From: Gnetum montanum
Lineage: Eukaryota > Plantae > Gnetophyta
Assembly (NCBI GenBank): GCA_015680685.1
Contig: MNCI01000550.1
Coordinates: forward strand, 171,737 to 235,736
DNA: 64,000 nt
Direction: 5' to 3'
Position 1 is the stretch's first letter. Each line of letters begins with the position of its first letter. Of the stretch, positions 1 through 12,600 are shown piece by piece. A program made the position numbers and the translations under genes. A model generated the notes under the pieces. The model saw nothing but the letters and a program-made list of their open reading frames with translations. It was not told the origin of the DNA and made no database searches.

Positions 1-1602
1 TGTTGTTAGCTTTTGAATCGACAAGGTTTTTCTGTTCACCAATTCTTTGAGTGGTGACTCATCCTCTTCATCACAAAATTTCACTCCCTTCTTTCGAAGG
101 GAAGGATCATGGTTGTATTCTTTTGCACTTTCTCTTTTTCTTAGCTCTCCTTCTTCTTTGGCTACTTGCTCCAACAAGTGATGTACTTCATGGGATCTAA
201 GTTTTGATAATCTCCCTTGGGCATAAGTCCCAAGGGTTCTCCTAGTCTCATATCTTAGCCCATCTACGATGTGGCAAAGTTGATCCCGCTGTGTGTAACC
301 ATGACCCGGGAAACGATGTAGCAATGCGTAGTAGCGGCCCATGGCAACATCCAAGGATTCATAAGTACCTTGCTTCCATCCTTGGATCTGCTTACGCAAA
401 TTAGACACTCTGGAGTATGTCTGATATTTATCGTTGAAGAGTTCTAACATTGTACTCCACCTCCTAATGGTTTCTGGTTCTAAGGACCAGTACCAACTCT
501 TTGCTTCCTTGATGAGTGACTTGGGAAACAACTTTAGTTTCTACCACTCATTTTCTATGTTTTGCAAGGCATAGGCATCATGGAATGCCTGTAAATGATT
601 TTTTGGATCCACGTTGTACCCCCCTTCAAAGCGTGGGATGTTATTCATGTCTAAATGCTTGATCCGACTATCTTTTAAATGCCTTGTTGGTATTCTCACT
701 GCCTCCGTTATATTTAGCATGCTTTGGGTGGCAAGTAGGGGTTCATCATGATCATCTCTTTCATGACATCTATGATGTCTTCGTTGTTCCCTACTTTCCC
801 TTCATTCATGCCCTTGTCCTCTCTCTCGACTTTCTTGTCAAGGTCTCTCATTTTGTCTACCTCTATCCTCACCATTGTGCTCGTGATGGCTGCGCCCAGA
901 TGTGGAAGGAGAGGATGAATGATGTGAAGAAGGGGAAGAAGAAGGAGAACCATCACCATAACGATGTTTCCCACCTTCTCTTCTGTGGCTTCAGCCTCGA
1001 TCGTGATGACAATCCAAGTGCCCATCCTTGTCATGTATTGTTGTTCCCTCAGTGAACAATTGGTGTTCACGAGGATCAGAACCAGGGTTATGTATCATGG
1101 AGCGTAGGTTCTGATACCCCACCTCCTCACCATCATTAGGAAGGGGAACATCTTTCGATAGAGAACCCGTTATGAGTGGTTCACCATCTTCGATTTCACT
1201 TAGGACATGCAGGACCTCTTTGCCCTTCAACAGTGTATGTTGGCTCTCCTGCCTTGATTCCCTCATACGTTGTAAAGCTGTGGGATGGTAATCCCTCATG
1301 TTAAAATCTTCCACAATGTATTTAGCATAGAGTTGGGTCATGCTAATCTGTTCCAAAGCACGGAGGAGCATGTTGGGGATGGCACGATCTGGAGGTAACA
1401 CTATGTTACCTTGCAGATCTCTCCAACGCATCTGTTCATCCTGATGAAGGATAAAAGTAAAGTTGGGAATATACTCATTGGGATGAGTATATTCCACCTT
1501 ATATTGGTGAGAAACTAGCGGATTTAGGTTATGCATTTTAGATTGCCAATTGTCTCTAGTATTGTCCCTAGGTGGTGTATTGCTCTTGTGAGAAGAAGAC
1601 AT
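1..1602 (-). pseudogene. Degenerate Athila-like gag (N-terminal extension, low-complexity linker, capsid-like domain)
   Basis: ORF 991-1602 continues through frameshifts and stops into an IPRFEGGYNVDPKNHLQAFHDAYALQN...SWYWSLEPETIRRWSTMLELFNDKY retrotransposon-gag-like segment. It is homologous to 31389-34500 and 60400-63230. Confidence 0.85.
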
Positions 1603-1733
1603 TGTTATTTAATTCGGTGTGCTAATTAACCGTTATATAATTTTTCTTATTTAATTAATTAACCCTAAGGTTCATTTAAGCTCCCAACGATGTGAATGAT
1701 CTCTTATGTTCTACTTAGCGCACAAACACTTAG

Positions 1734-1751
1734 TCCCCGGCAACAGCGCCA
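1734..1751 (-). other. Primer binding site, tRNA-Asp type (Athila hallmark)
   Basis: TGGCGCTGTTGCCGGGGA, 1 nt after the LTR terminal CA; one mismatch to the canonical TGGCGCCGTTGCCGGGGA. Confidence 0.9.
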
Positions 1752-1752
1752 A

Positions 1753-2658
1753 TGATGAGTGGCGAGGTACCCCTACACTCAAACATACGAATACGAGCAT
1801 AATACGCGCGATCCGGTCGAACTTCGTAGACTAAGTGCCTACACACCTCATGGAACACTTAAGGTTAATTATTCGTTGTCATTCCCAGACTTACTTGTAT
1901 TTGTCACGGTGTATGGTTAAGTAAGTCTAAGGTATATGATTTTTATATCTTTTTCTGTTTTATCTCCTATGCTAGTGAGGTGAAGGGTTGAAAAGACTAA
2001 TACTAACTCTAACTAACTAACTAAGTCTGAATTAACCTAGCATCAGCATCCATTCCCACTTACCGTTCACACCCTGAACCAATGCAACCGTGGTTACCAA
2101 AAGCTAGTCGTTGCTGGGATCACCACACGTAACACACGTGCTCAAAGCGATCGTACTGAGGCACTTAATTAGGAGAGAAGGGTTGAGAAAGATTTAATTC
2201 CTAATAAAGAATGTAAATGGAAAATAGTAAATAACAATAAATAAATCCTAATTAGCCTATTCCATGCACTGCAAGGTTTATCCAAGAAGCTCGTCTTTAT
2301 TGCCGTACACAAACTTGTGTTCAGGTACAGTGTCTACTCGAATAAAGATCCGTTCACTTTAGGACTCCTACTACGGGCACATGGAAAATATTCTATCTCT
2401 GGAGAGATCAAACTGCCAGAGTTTCACTACGGTCTAAGCCTAGGATGAGAAACAAGGGAGAGTCGCCTCTTATTTATAGATATGACGGCGCACTGCGATA
2501 TCGCGTACGCGATATCGCAGGGGAAGATGCAATATCGCATACGTGATATCGCGAGAGATGCGATATCACGACGGCTGCAATATTGCATACGCGATATTGC
2601 GAGGGATGCAATATCGCAACATGCGATATCGCGGCCCATGCGATATTGTGTCCCATCA
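1753..2658 (-). repeat. 5' LTR, Athila-like type A (906 bp)
   Basis: TG...CA termini; TATAAATA on minus at ~2471-2478; GCGATATCGC array 2495-2649; homologous to 30457-31242 and 52679-53444. Confidence 0.9.
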
Positions 2659-5600
2659 GTTGGATTCTTGGATATGCTTATGGCACTTTGACTATCACAA
2701 CCAATATTAATCAAAGTCTAAGTGATGCCAAGTTCAACTATTAACCTTTGAAGCCATATAGCCTCTCTGCATGTCAAGTTAGCAGCAACATATTCAACTT
2801 CAGTGGTAGACTGAGCAACACAAGATTGTTTCTGACTTTTCCAAGAAACAACACCACCAAAAAGATTAAACACATATCCACTAGTAGATTTCCTACTATC
2901 AATATCACCATCCCAATCTACATCAACGAAGCCATGAAGTCCATTGGAATCATTTTTATAGCAAATCCCATAATTTGAAGTACCATGAAGATATCGAAAG
3001 ACTCACGTCACTACAATCCAATGTTGTTTTCCTAGATTATACATATACGTGCTAAGTTTTCTACAATGTAAGCAATATTAGGTCTAGTAGAGACCATTGC
3101 ATACATTAAACTACTAATAGCACTAGCATATGGAATTTTAACCATGAGCTCTTTTTCTTCACTTGTCTTTGGGCATTGTTCAACTGAAAGCTTAATACCA
3201 ATTTCACAAGGTGTAGTCACAGGTTTACAATCATGCATATTAAATCATTTTAAAATATTTGCAACATATGCATACTGTCCAAGCCAAAGCCTTTTATTAA
3301 CCCTATCCATTTTAATTTCCATGCCCAAAATTTTTTATGCAACACCAAGATCCTTCATCTCAAATTGAGAAGACAGATGAAGTTTTAACTCCTAAATATC
3401 ATGTATGTTATTTCCTGCTCTTAACATGTCATCGACATATAACAACAAGATAACATATTTTTCACTTGTATTTTTAACATACATACATGAGTCTTCTACA
3501 CTTCCAATGAAGCCAAGATTTATTATGTGATCATAAAACTTTTTATTCTACATCCTTGGTGCTTTTTTGAGCCCATATAGTGATTTTAATAATCAACACA
3601 TCATATGCTCTTTTCCTTTAATTTCATATCCTTCAAGTTGAAGGATATATATTTCTTCCTCAAGATCACCATTGAGGAATGTTGTTTTCACATCCATTTG
3701 TTCAAGTTCAAGATCATAAACAACTATGATAATCAACAATGATCTTATGGATGTTAATTTTACTAGTGGAGAGAAGATTTCATCATAATCAATTCTCTTT
3801 CTCTAAGAAAATCCTTTAGCTACTAGTCATGCCTTGTATTGATTCCTAGATTTTATTCTGTACACCCATTTATTTCCAATGGGTTTTTTCTTTGATGGAA
3901 GCTCAATTAATTCCTAAGTTTTATTTTTGTGAATTAATGACATTTCAACATCCATTACTTGTTTCCACTTTGAAGTTTGCATAGACAAACATGCCTCATC
4001 ATATGTTGATCGCTCATTATTTTCAGTAAACAGGACATATTCTTCTAAATGTGAAGGTAATCTTCGTATACATGTTGAACGTCTTAAAGAATCTTGTTCA
4101 CTTTGTTGTTCACTTAAACTATATTCTCCCTCTTCATGTGGTGTATCTTCATCTACCATGCTATCACCATCCTATTCACTAGGGGCAATGTCCCTAGCTG
4201 AGAGAGAATGACCTTCAAAATTTTCATTATTAATTTCAATAGGCACATACATAGGAGTTACATCATTTGAAGGAGTTTTAGTATTTAAAGATTCCTCCTT
4301 CATAAACCCACATTTTTCTCTAAAGATGACATCTTGACTATATAAATAACCCTTTTAGTTTGTAGGTTATACAACTTATAAGCTTTGACACCATGTCCAT
4401 AGCCAAGAAAAATACATTTGACAAACTTAGAGTCTAATTTGAACCTATCAGATTTTGAAACATGTACATAGGCTTCACAACCAAAAATCTTCAAATAGTT
4501 TAAATTAATGGACCTACCACTCCAAACTTCCTTTGGAATTTTTCCATTAAGAGCTAATGAAGAAGATTTATTGATAAGATAACATGTAGTCATTACTACT
4601 TCATCCCAAAAACACTTGTCAAGATTAGATTTACTAAGCATACATCTAGCATGTTCCATCAATGTTTGATGGAAGCGCTTTGCTACTCATTATGTTTAGG
4701 AGTCCCTGGAATAGTCTTTTTCCTATAAATGCCTTGTTCTTTACAAAAAAAAACATTAAATTCTTTTAAGCAAGACTCACTTGTCAATTCTTAGAATTTT
4801 AATTTTCTTTCTTGAATAATTCTCAACAAGATCTTTGAATTCTATGAATTTTCCAAACAATTCAAACTTATGTTTTAATAAATAGATCCAAATTTTTCTA
4901 GAATAATCATCAATAAAAGAAACATAATACATAGCACCTCCAAGAGAACTTGTTTTAATATCTTTAACTGGTTCACATACATCACTATGTATTAGTTCTA
5001 ATATCTGAAGAGATTTAGCATTACTTCTTTGAAAATTGTGACACCTCTGTTTACCATGTAGACAATGATGACAAAAATCTAAGGAATCTTTTGAAAGCTT
5101 AAATTTACCTTGCTTGTAAAGTTCCTTAAGTCCTTTTTCACCAAGATGTCCCATTCTTTTATGCCACAAATCAATACTTGAATTTAACAAATGCACTTAA
5201 TTTCTACTTTAATGTCTTAGCTTCTAATTTATATAACTCTCCTATTTTAATTCCAGAAGCCAAAAGAGATGAACCATGCAGTATTGAACATTTTCCACCT
5301 CCAAAGATAACAGTTAGTCTTGCATCATCCAATTCACTTATAGATAAAAAAAATTTTAGTATGTGTTGGAACATGACGTACATTAGGAATCAATTTAACT
5401 ACTCCATTTTTAAACCAAATCTTTATCTTTCCATAACCTATAACTTTGCATAAACCATCATTACCCAATCTTACCATTCAGAGATCAGATGATGTATACT
5501 CATTGAACCATTCAACATGTGGAATATAGTGATGAGATGCACCCAAGTCCACATACCATGAATACATATTAGCATTACTAGAAGATGAGACAACATACAA

Positions 5601-6945
5601 ATCTCCCTCTCGAGCAGGAGAGGTTTGATCACTTTTTGTTACATTACTCTCTTTGCCCTTTTTCAAAGGGGCTTTACAATGTTTCTTTACATGACCAACT
5701 TTACCACAATTCCAACATGTAGGTGGCCTCTTTACAAATTTTTGAGGTTTATTCTTAAATTAAGGTCTCTTAACAAACTTTGGCTTTACATCATTTTTCA
5801 TAAATAATACATCATTTTGAGGAGTAGAAGTTTTCCTTCTTACTTCCTTAGACAACAATTGACCAACAATATTATCAAAAATAAAGCTGGTAGATATAAT
5901 ACTTACAACCATCACAAATGTCTCCCATGAATCTAAAAGTGTGATGCACTAATCTTCTTCATCCATTTTCACCCCTATAGATTGCAACTAATGGACCAGT
6001 GTATTAAATACATTCAAGTGTTCTATAATGGCAATACCTTCAACCATTTTACAATCATACAATCATTTCTTCAACAACTTATTAGTTAGGGACTTTGTTT
6101 GATACAAAGTTTGCAATTTATCCCATAAATCTTTAGCAAAAGAAACATTGGAAACATTAAGCAATATTGAATCTAAAAGACATAAATGAATTGTACTTAC
6201 TACCTTCAAGTTCAACTTTTCCCACTCTTCATCAAATATCTTATTTGGCTTTACTCCTAAAATTGCACTATGCTAGTCCTTTTCAATGAGGAGAGCCTTC
6301 ATCTTGATCTTCCATAATTCATAGTTGGACCTATTGAACTTTTCAATTTCAATTTTAGATAAAGAGTTGGTCATGATTTTTCCTTGTAATTACTTGATAA
6401 AATAATAGTGGTGCATGGAGCCTAGCTCTAATACCAATTGTTATTCCCAATCGCTTGCACCAATATAATATTAAATTTAAAAAAAGCTGCAGAAATTAAA
6501 AAGACATAGAGTTACCTTGGGGAAAACCTTCAAGGTGAAAAAAACCCAACAGAAAATCAACTCTTGGACTGTTAGCAACACAGCTTCAAAGAATTGAAGA
6601 TCAAGGAGAATTTACAAAGGAAGGGAGATTACTCTCAAGCTTATGCCTCAAAAGAATGTGGTGACATGGATGCTCCCTTTGAGCTCCTTATATATTGTCA
6701 TACAACCCAAAATTAAAAAGGGATAAAGTAGTTTATTTTGGTGGGGATAAGTACAAGACCAAATAAACAAAAATATAACAAGGTAGGGTAGAAATATCTG
6801 AAGAAAATCAAGGCAGATTTGCCTTCATCCACCCTTAAACCTAGTACATCAATATACTTAGTGCATAGATGCAATGTGCACCAATGGATTGCACCTAGCA
6901 CTACAAGTAGGACAAAACTTGTGAACAAGAGTTACTAGGCTAACA
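2659..6945 (-). mobile_element. Degenerate Ty1/Copia retrotransposon (Tnt1/Tork-like), 3' end interrupted by the Athila-like LTR
   Basis: Minus-strand order: gag (IEKFNRSNYELWKIKMKALL ~6370), CCHC knuckle CWNCGKVGHVKKHC (~5700), protease WYVDLGASHH, LWHKRMGHL..CHHC and LELIHSDVC integrase, RT LLLYVDDML (~3430), RNaseH CDSQSAI. Many stops and frameshifts. Degenerate iMet PBS TGGTATTAGAGC at 6425-6436. Confidence 0.92.
6439..6945 (-). repeat. Copia 5' LTR (~507 bp)
   Basis: Minus strand TGTTAG...ATAACA termini next to the PBS; TATA-like TATATAAG at ~6687-6694. The outer end is inferred from the terminal inverted TGTTA/TAACA. Confidence 0.65.
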
Positions 6946-8900
6946 CCTCATTATTTCATAACTGCCATGTTCGACCATGTCCTAGTGCAATGTTGATATT
7001 TTTATTTTTTGCAATTATATGTGACTAATATGTATCAATGATTATAATGTAATTGTATGTATTGTTCTTAAAAAATCATCTTCAAAGCAACCAAAGCTCA
7101 TGTTTCTCTATGAAACAATTATTTTATTTGCATATTAGAATTCTTGCATAGTTTGCTTAAGAAACATCTCAAATTATCCTCCTCTAGAAATATGTATTTT
7201 CTTTTCTTTTCAATTTAGGTACTGTTACTATTATAGAAATTGTGTATGGTTTGCTGGTGTTTAAAAGATTTCAGTAGACATGGTAAGCTGCCATGCATTT
7301 AGCTAATATCCTCAAAATTTGTAAACGCATTGCTGATAATTGAATAGCTTATCTTCCTAAAATACGTGCATATATAGTGTGTTATAAACAAACAGACTAC
7401 CTGGCCTAGGCTACGCACAGGCCATGTCAAATATTAAAAGTAATGCATATTTCGTCGTTTGCCCATTCGGGAAAAGCTATAACTAAACCCAACAATACAA
7501 GAAAACAGAGAAACGCGACCGACCGACCGACTGCATGATTTACGATGTTGCATTGTTGCAATTCGTTGGCCATCGCTCAGTGGAGTGGATGCATAACAAT
7601 AAACTTCATAAAAAGCCATGTCATGGGCAGTGCACTTAAGGGAAGGGACCCAGCACAGCTGGATTCATTCATTCATCCATTCCATTCAATTTGCAAATAT
7701 CAGCACAGCACATGTAACAGAAAGCTTGACCATTAACAAACAAACAAACACAAAGTACGCGATTCCATTACCTTGTTTTAAAGTTAAAACAACTGCTTGA
7801 GCTTTATTGACGCGGACATTTCTTGCAGCCCAGGTTTTCTTGCTGACAAAGTTTCCTTGCATTCCAGTGAACAGCGCACGAGAAACACGACTCTTCTGCT
7901 TTGTACGCTACAAACCAACAATTAAAAAGAGATAACAGCAAACTCCAATTCCAATTGAGGTATTAAAAGGAAGGCCCTGCCCTTCCCTTCCCCTCCTATC
8001 CTGTCCTCTCCTCAATCTGCAACTGCGTACATAACAGAGCAACAGCAGCATTCCAGCGTAAGCGCAGCTGCTGTTACGCTGGAATTCGTTCATTTCCAAA
8101 CTTTTGGTTGGAACGTAGGAAACAAGGCAACTTTGAAATTTCAAGTTGTAACACAGTATACCAGTAATAATTGGAGAAATGGATTACGCAGCTTACTTGG
8201 TAGGGATGGCGTTGGCGTTGGTGGCTGCAAATGGAGATCCGCCACGTGTTGGAGCGGCAAGGCATCCGAGAAATGCCTTACTGCCCACTGGTGGGCAACA
8301 GCAGCCACGTGTTGGAACTCTACAGGCGGCAGCCCTACTTTTACGGATGCCACGCAGTCCCTGCACGACACGTCAGCAAACGTGGTCCCGGAGTTCCCTG
8401 ACTTCTGGCACAGGCTCGGGGAGCCCTGCTACTACCGGTTCGGCCTCCGCCCGTGTCTCGTGGTGGGCCAGCCACGCGTCATCCACCACCTGTTCTTTGG
8501 GGAGTGGCCCCACTTGTCCAAGATTCCGTTGGGGCCCTCTACCAGAAGGCTGGTGGGCCCGGCAGACTGTCCACCGTGGAGGGCCTACGGTGGGCCCGCC
8601 AACGCCGAGCTTTAGGTAGCGGCTTCCAACGGGATGTGCTGGCTGCTATGCTTGTATCTCCGCCTCGTGCCAGCGCAGCATGTATGACGGCCACGTGGCG
8701 GGAGGGTGTTGGTGGAACGCTTGGGCCGGAGATTGAAGTTTTGGAGGAATTCCGACGGCTCATGGCGGACGTCATCGCAGCGGTTTCGTTTGGGAGTTCG
8801 TATGGACAAGGAAAACGCATGTTCGATCTGCAGGTCGAGCAAGCCACTGTCGCCGCCCAGGCTGCTCGTGCTAGTTATCGGCTTCCTGGATCAAGGTATG

Positions 8901-9595
8901 TGTCACGGGGCAGAAATCGCAGCAGAATTTTTCACGATTCCTACCGAGTGATGGCGCTAAAAACTGCTCTTAGCTAGCCCCTCGAAACGCTCGAATCGAG
9001 AACCCAATCGAAACAAAACAAAGCGCAACAGAGACAACTCGCAACGCACCCAAAGACGCACGAAACCAAAGGCACTCAGATACGGGCAAAAGCTCCAACC
9101 TTTACTACTCGCAAAAGGCTATACAACAATCCCCGAAGCTCTCTCTCAAATGCGAGAACGCTTCAGGTTTTATAGGCGCGGACACCCCCGGCCTTGCCAA
9201 TTCCAATTGGCCATGTCATAGTTACAAAACAGGCACTGCACCTCCACTGAGAGTGCTAGTTCCTGAACTCGAGTGTTGCATGCGACGCACCTGGGTGCAT
9301 CCCGCTCCGAAATCGCATGTCTCCTGCATACATTCCAAGTCACCACTTACCGAAAGCGACTGTCAGTGTCTCTGGATTCCAACCCAGAGTTGAGTATCAG
9401 TTGCCCAGCAGACTAGATACTCGTGGAAGCTTCATCTTCCATTTGTGCGCTCCGACGCACTTGAGTACTCCTACTCATATTTGTTCTTCTACGGCCAATA
9501 GAAGCGACGCCACACCTCCGAGTGCAGGTCAGTTTGGCACATCCCTCGCGTCAGCCTGCACGCGAGTTCGGGGCAGCTTTCAAGACGGTGTGACA
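8901..9595 (-). repeat. 3' LTR of Galadriel-like element
   Basis: TGTCAC...GTGACA termini; about 30 substitutions plus one 5-bp indel versus 15117-15816. Confidence 0.95.
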
Positions 9596-9609
9596 AACCC
9601 ACCCCCGCC

Positions 9610-12600
9610 AAGGGTGTTCGACGTCCTCGTCGAACTCAGGTAAGTATTCACCAGATCTTCGAACTGCCACAGGGTGATGTCGCGCTCCCATGTCGCATCC
9701 TCCCTGCTTTCACCTTGCCACTGAACTAGGTAGTCAGTGCGCCTATTCTTGCGACTAGCTCCCTCGGTCCGGTGATCAAGAATTTTAACCGCAACCTTTG
9801 TGCATTCCTTACGAACACCCGGAGGCGCTCACCGCACTTGATGCCTCGATGCATCCGCATGGTATGGTTTCAAGAAACTCACGTGGAACGTAGGATGAAG
9901 TTTCATCCGTTCCGAAAGCCTTAACCGATACGCCACAGGTCCAACTCGTTTAATGACCTCAAATGGGCCATCATACTTCTGTAACAGACCTTTGTGGAAC
10001 CGCTTGTCGATAACGCGCTTCCAAATTTGAGGAGTCAGTTTCAAGAGCACCTGATCTCCCTCCTTAAACTCCAACGCCCTCCGATGCGCATCCGCATACT
10101 TCTTCATGCGCCGCTGCGCTTTGGCCAAGCTTTCTCTCGCTTGTTCTAGGAGTTCCTGCTTGTCTCTAGCGAACCGATACGCCACAGGACACTTCCCTTG
10201 AGACTTGGTTTTGACGACCTCCAAGGGCGTCAAGGGCGGATGCCCGAAAACCAATTCTGCAGGACTCATGCGAGTTGAAGAAGTTTGGTGGAGGTTGTAG
10301 CAAAACTGGGCCGTGTCCAGCAACGACACCCAATTTCGCTGGCTTGCTGTCACAAAGTGACGCAAGTACTCTTCAACAAGAGCATTCACTCGCTCTGTTT
10401 GCCCATCCGTTTGAGGATGATTGGCAGTGGAGAACTTCAACTCCGAGCCCATCAAGGTAAACAATGCTACCTAGAGGTTCCCCGTGAATCGGGCATCCCG
10501 ATCACTCACTATGTCCCTGGGGACCCTGAACACCTTAACAACATACCGAAAGAACAACTCAGTAGTTGCTTCTGCAGTGCATTCCTTGGGTGCTGCCACA
10601 AACACCGCATACTTAGAGAATCGATCAACCACCACGAGAATGGATGCTTTCCCATCAACCGAAGGAAAACCTGTGATGAAATCCATTGATACCGATTCCC
10701 AAGCCCTCGCTGGTATAGGGAGAGGCTGAAGAAGCCCTACCTGCTTCTTCCTCTCAGTCTTGTCTAATTGACAAACTAGACAAGTTCGGACGTATAGCTC
10801 TACGTCTTCCTCCATCTTAGGCCAAAAATACCCCTGAGATAGCAATGCCATCATGCGTTTTACCCCGGGGTGGCCAGCCCACTGGGTGTCATGTGTCTCT
10901 CGGAGCAACTCCTGCCGAAGTCCACTGCCCTTAGGCACATACAACCGACTACCCCGAGTGTACAGAAGATCAGAATCAATCCAATACTTCCGCACTAGTC
11001 CATCGCGCACCTGCTGCCGGAGTTGACAATATGTTTTGTCTCCCTCCGCGGCTCCCCTGACCTTGTCAACAAAGTTCGATTGAACTATTGTTAACGCAGC
11101 AACGTATGCTTGAACCTCCTTGCGACTGAGAGCATCTGCCACCTGGTTCTCCTTCCCAGGGCGATGAACCCAATCGAAGTCGAATTCGGCAAGGAACTCC
11201 TGCCACCTTGCCTGCTTCGGAGATAGTTTCTTTTGGGTTGTAAAATATGTGTTTGCCACATTGTCTATGACAACCGTGAACTTGGTTCCGAGCAGATAGT
11301 GCCTCCACACTGTGAGACAATGCACCACCGCAGTCATCTCTTTCTCATGAGCAGTGTACCTCTGCTCAGCTTCTTTCAGCTTGCGACTCTCGAATGCAAC
11401 GGGATGCCCTTCCTGAACCAGAACTCCTCCAAGAACTCTGTCCGAAGCATCCGTATGAAGTTCAAAAGGAACTTCAAAATTGGGTAACCGAAGCACCGAT
11501 TCAGAGGTTACCGCTTCCTTGATTCGCTGAAAAGCCTTCTCACAGGCTTCAGACCAAACCCAGGTTCAGTCTTTCTTAAGGAGATCAATAAGAGGAATTA
11601 CCTTGCGGGCGTAGCCCTCTATGAAACGGCGATAGTAGTTGGCGAGTCCTAAAAAGGATCGCAACTCAAGCACTTTCTTGGGAGCGGGCCACTCCTCAAT
11701 CGCCTTGACCTTCCGGTCATCCATCCAAATCTCCCCGTGCGAGATGCGGTGTCCCAAGAATAAGATTTCCTGAACCCCGAATTCACACTTCTCCTTCTTC
11801 ACGAACAGTTGGTTGCTCCGCAACCTACAGAAAACCTGTCTCAAATGTTCTGCATGAGCCTCCAGGCTCTCACTGTAGACAATGATGTCGTCAAGATAAA
11901 CCACCACGAATTGATCAAGAAACTCATACAAGACATCATTCATGAGGTTGCAGAACGTGGCAGGGGCATTGGTGAGTCCAAAGGGCATCACCAGAAACTC
12001 GAAAGAACCGTATCGAGTTACGCACGCCGTTTTTGCTTCGTCCCCAGCGGTGATGCATACCTGCCAATAACTGGACCACAGATCTAGCTTGGTAAAATAC
12101 CTCACTTTGGCCAGTCGATCGAACAGATCTGCCACATTTGGCACCGGATACTTGTTCTTGATGGTGATCTTGTTGAGTGCTCTGTAATCAATGCACATCC
12201 ACAATGTCTCGTCTTGTTTCCTCTGAAACAGCACCGGTGCACCAAACGACGCTTTCGACGGTTGGAGGTAGCCAGCCTCCAAAAGTTCATCGAGTTGCCT
12301 CCGCAACTCCGCAAGCTCCATGGGAGACATACGATACGGCACGCTCGCAGGCGGCCGCGCACCCGCTTCTAGCTCGATCTTGTGATCGATCCTCCTCCGA
12401 GGAGGAAACACCTTCGGTAACTTAGCAGGCATGACATTCGAGAACTCTGAGAGCAGTGTGCCAACACAGTCTGGGACTTCGACCATCTGATCATCCTTGA
12501 TCTCTATCAAGGTGGCCAAAAAGGTCTCTTCGCCTCTTTTCACCCCTACATTGGTCTGAGCAGCCGACTGCAGTTTCGGCTTCCGCTCTCGATGCGTGAT

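Larger units (their letters stand above)
1..2658 (-). mobile_element. Athila-like Ty3/Gypsy LTR retrotransposon (LTR type A), 5' part; runs off the window start
   Basis: LTR 1753-2658 (minus strand TGATGGGA...CACTCATCA), followed by PBS TGGCGCTGTTGCCGGGGA and a gag-like reading frame. It cuts the Copia RNaseH region directly after CDSQSAISISKNPT. Confidence 0.9.

Noticed and set aside
1753-1800. TGATGAG at LTR ends as a hammerhead ribozyme core (retrozyme)
   Set aside because: It lacks the leading C of CUGAUGA, and I found no stem II, GAAA or cleavage triplet. It is simply the LTR terminus read on the antisense strand.
2427-2714. ORFs over the GCGATATCGC array (and 26778-27053, 47710-47998)
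   Set aside because: They are by-products of stop-poor LTR repeat arrays.
9317-9643. ORFs inside the Galadriel LTRs (also 15164-15843)
   Set aside because: No recognisable domain; expected by chance in GC-rich LTRs.
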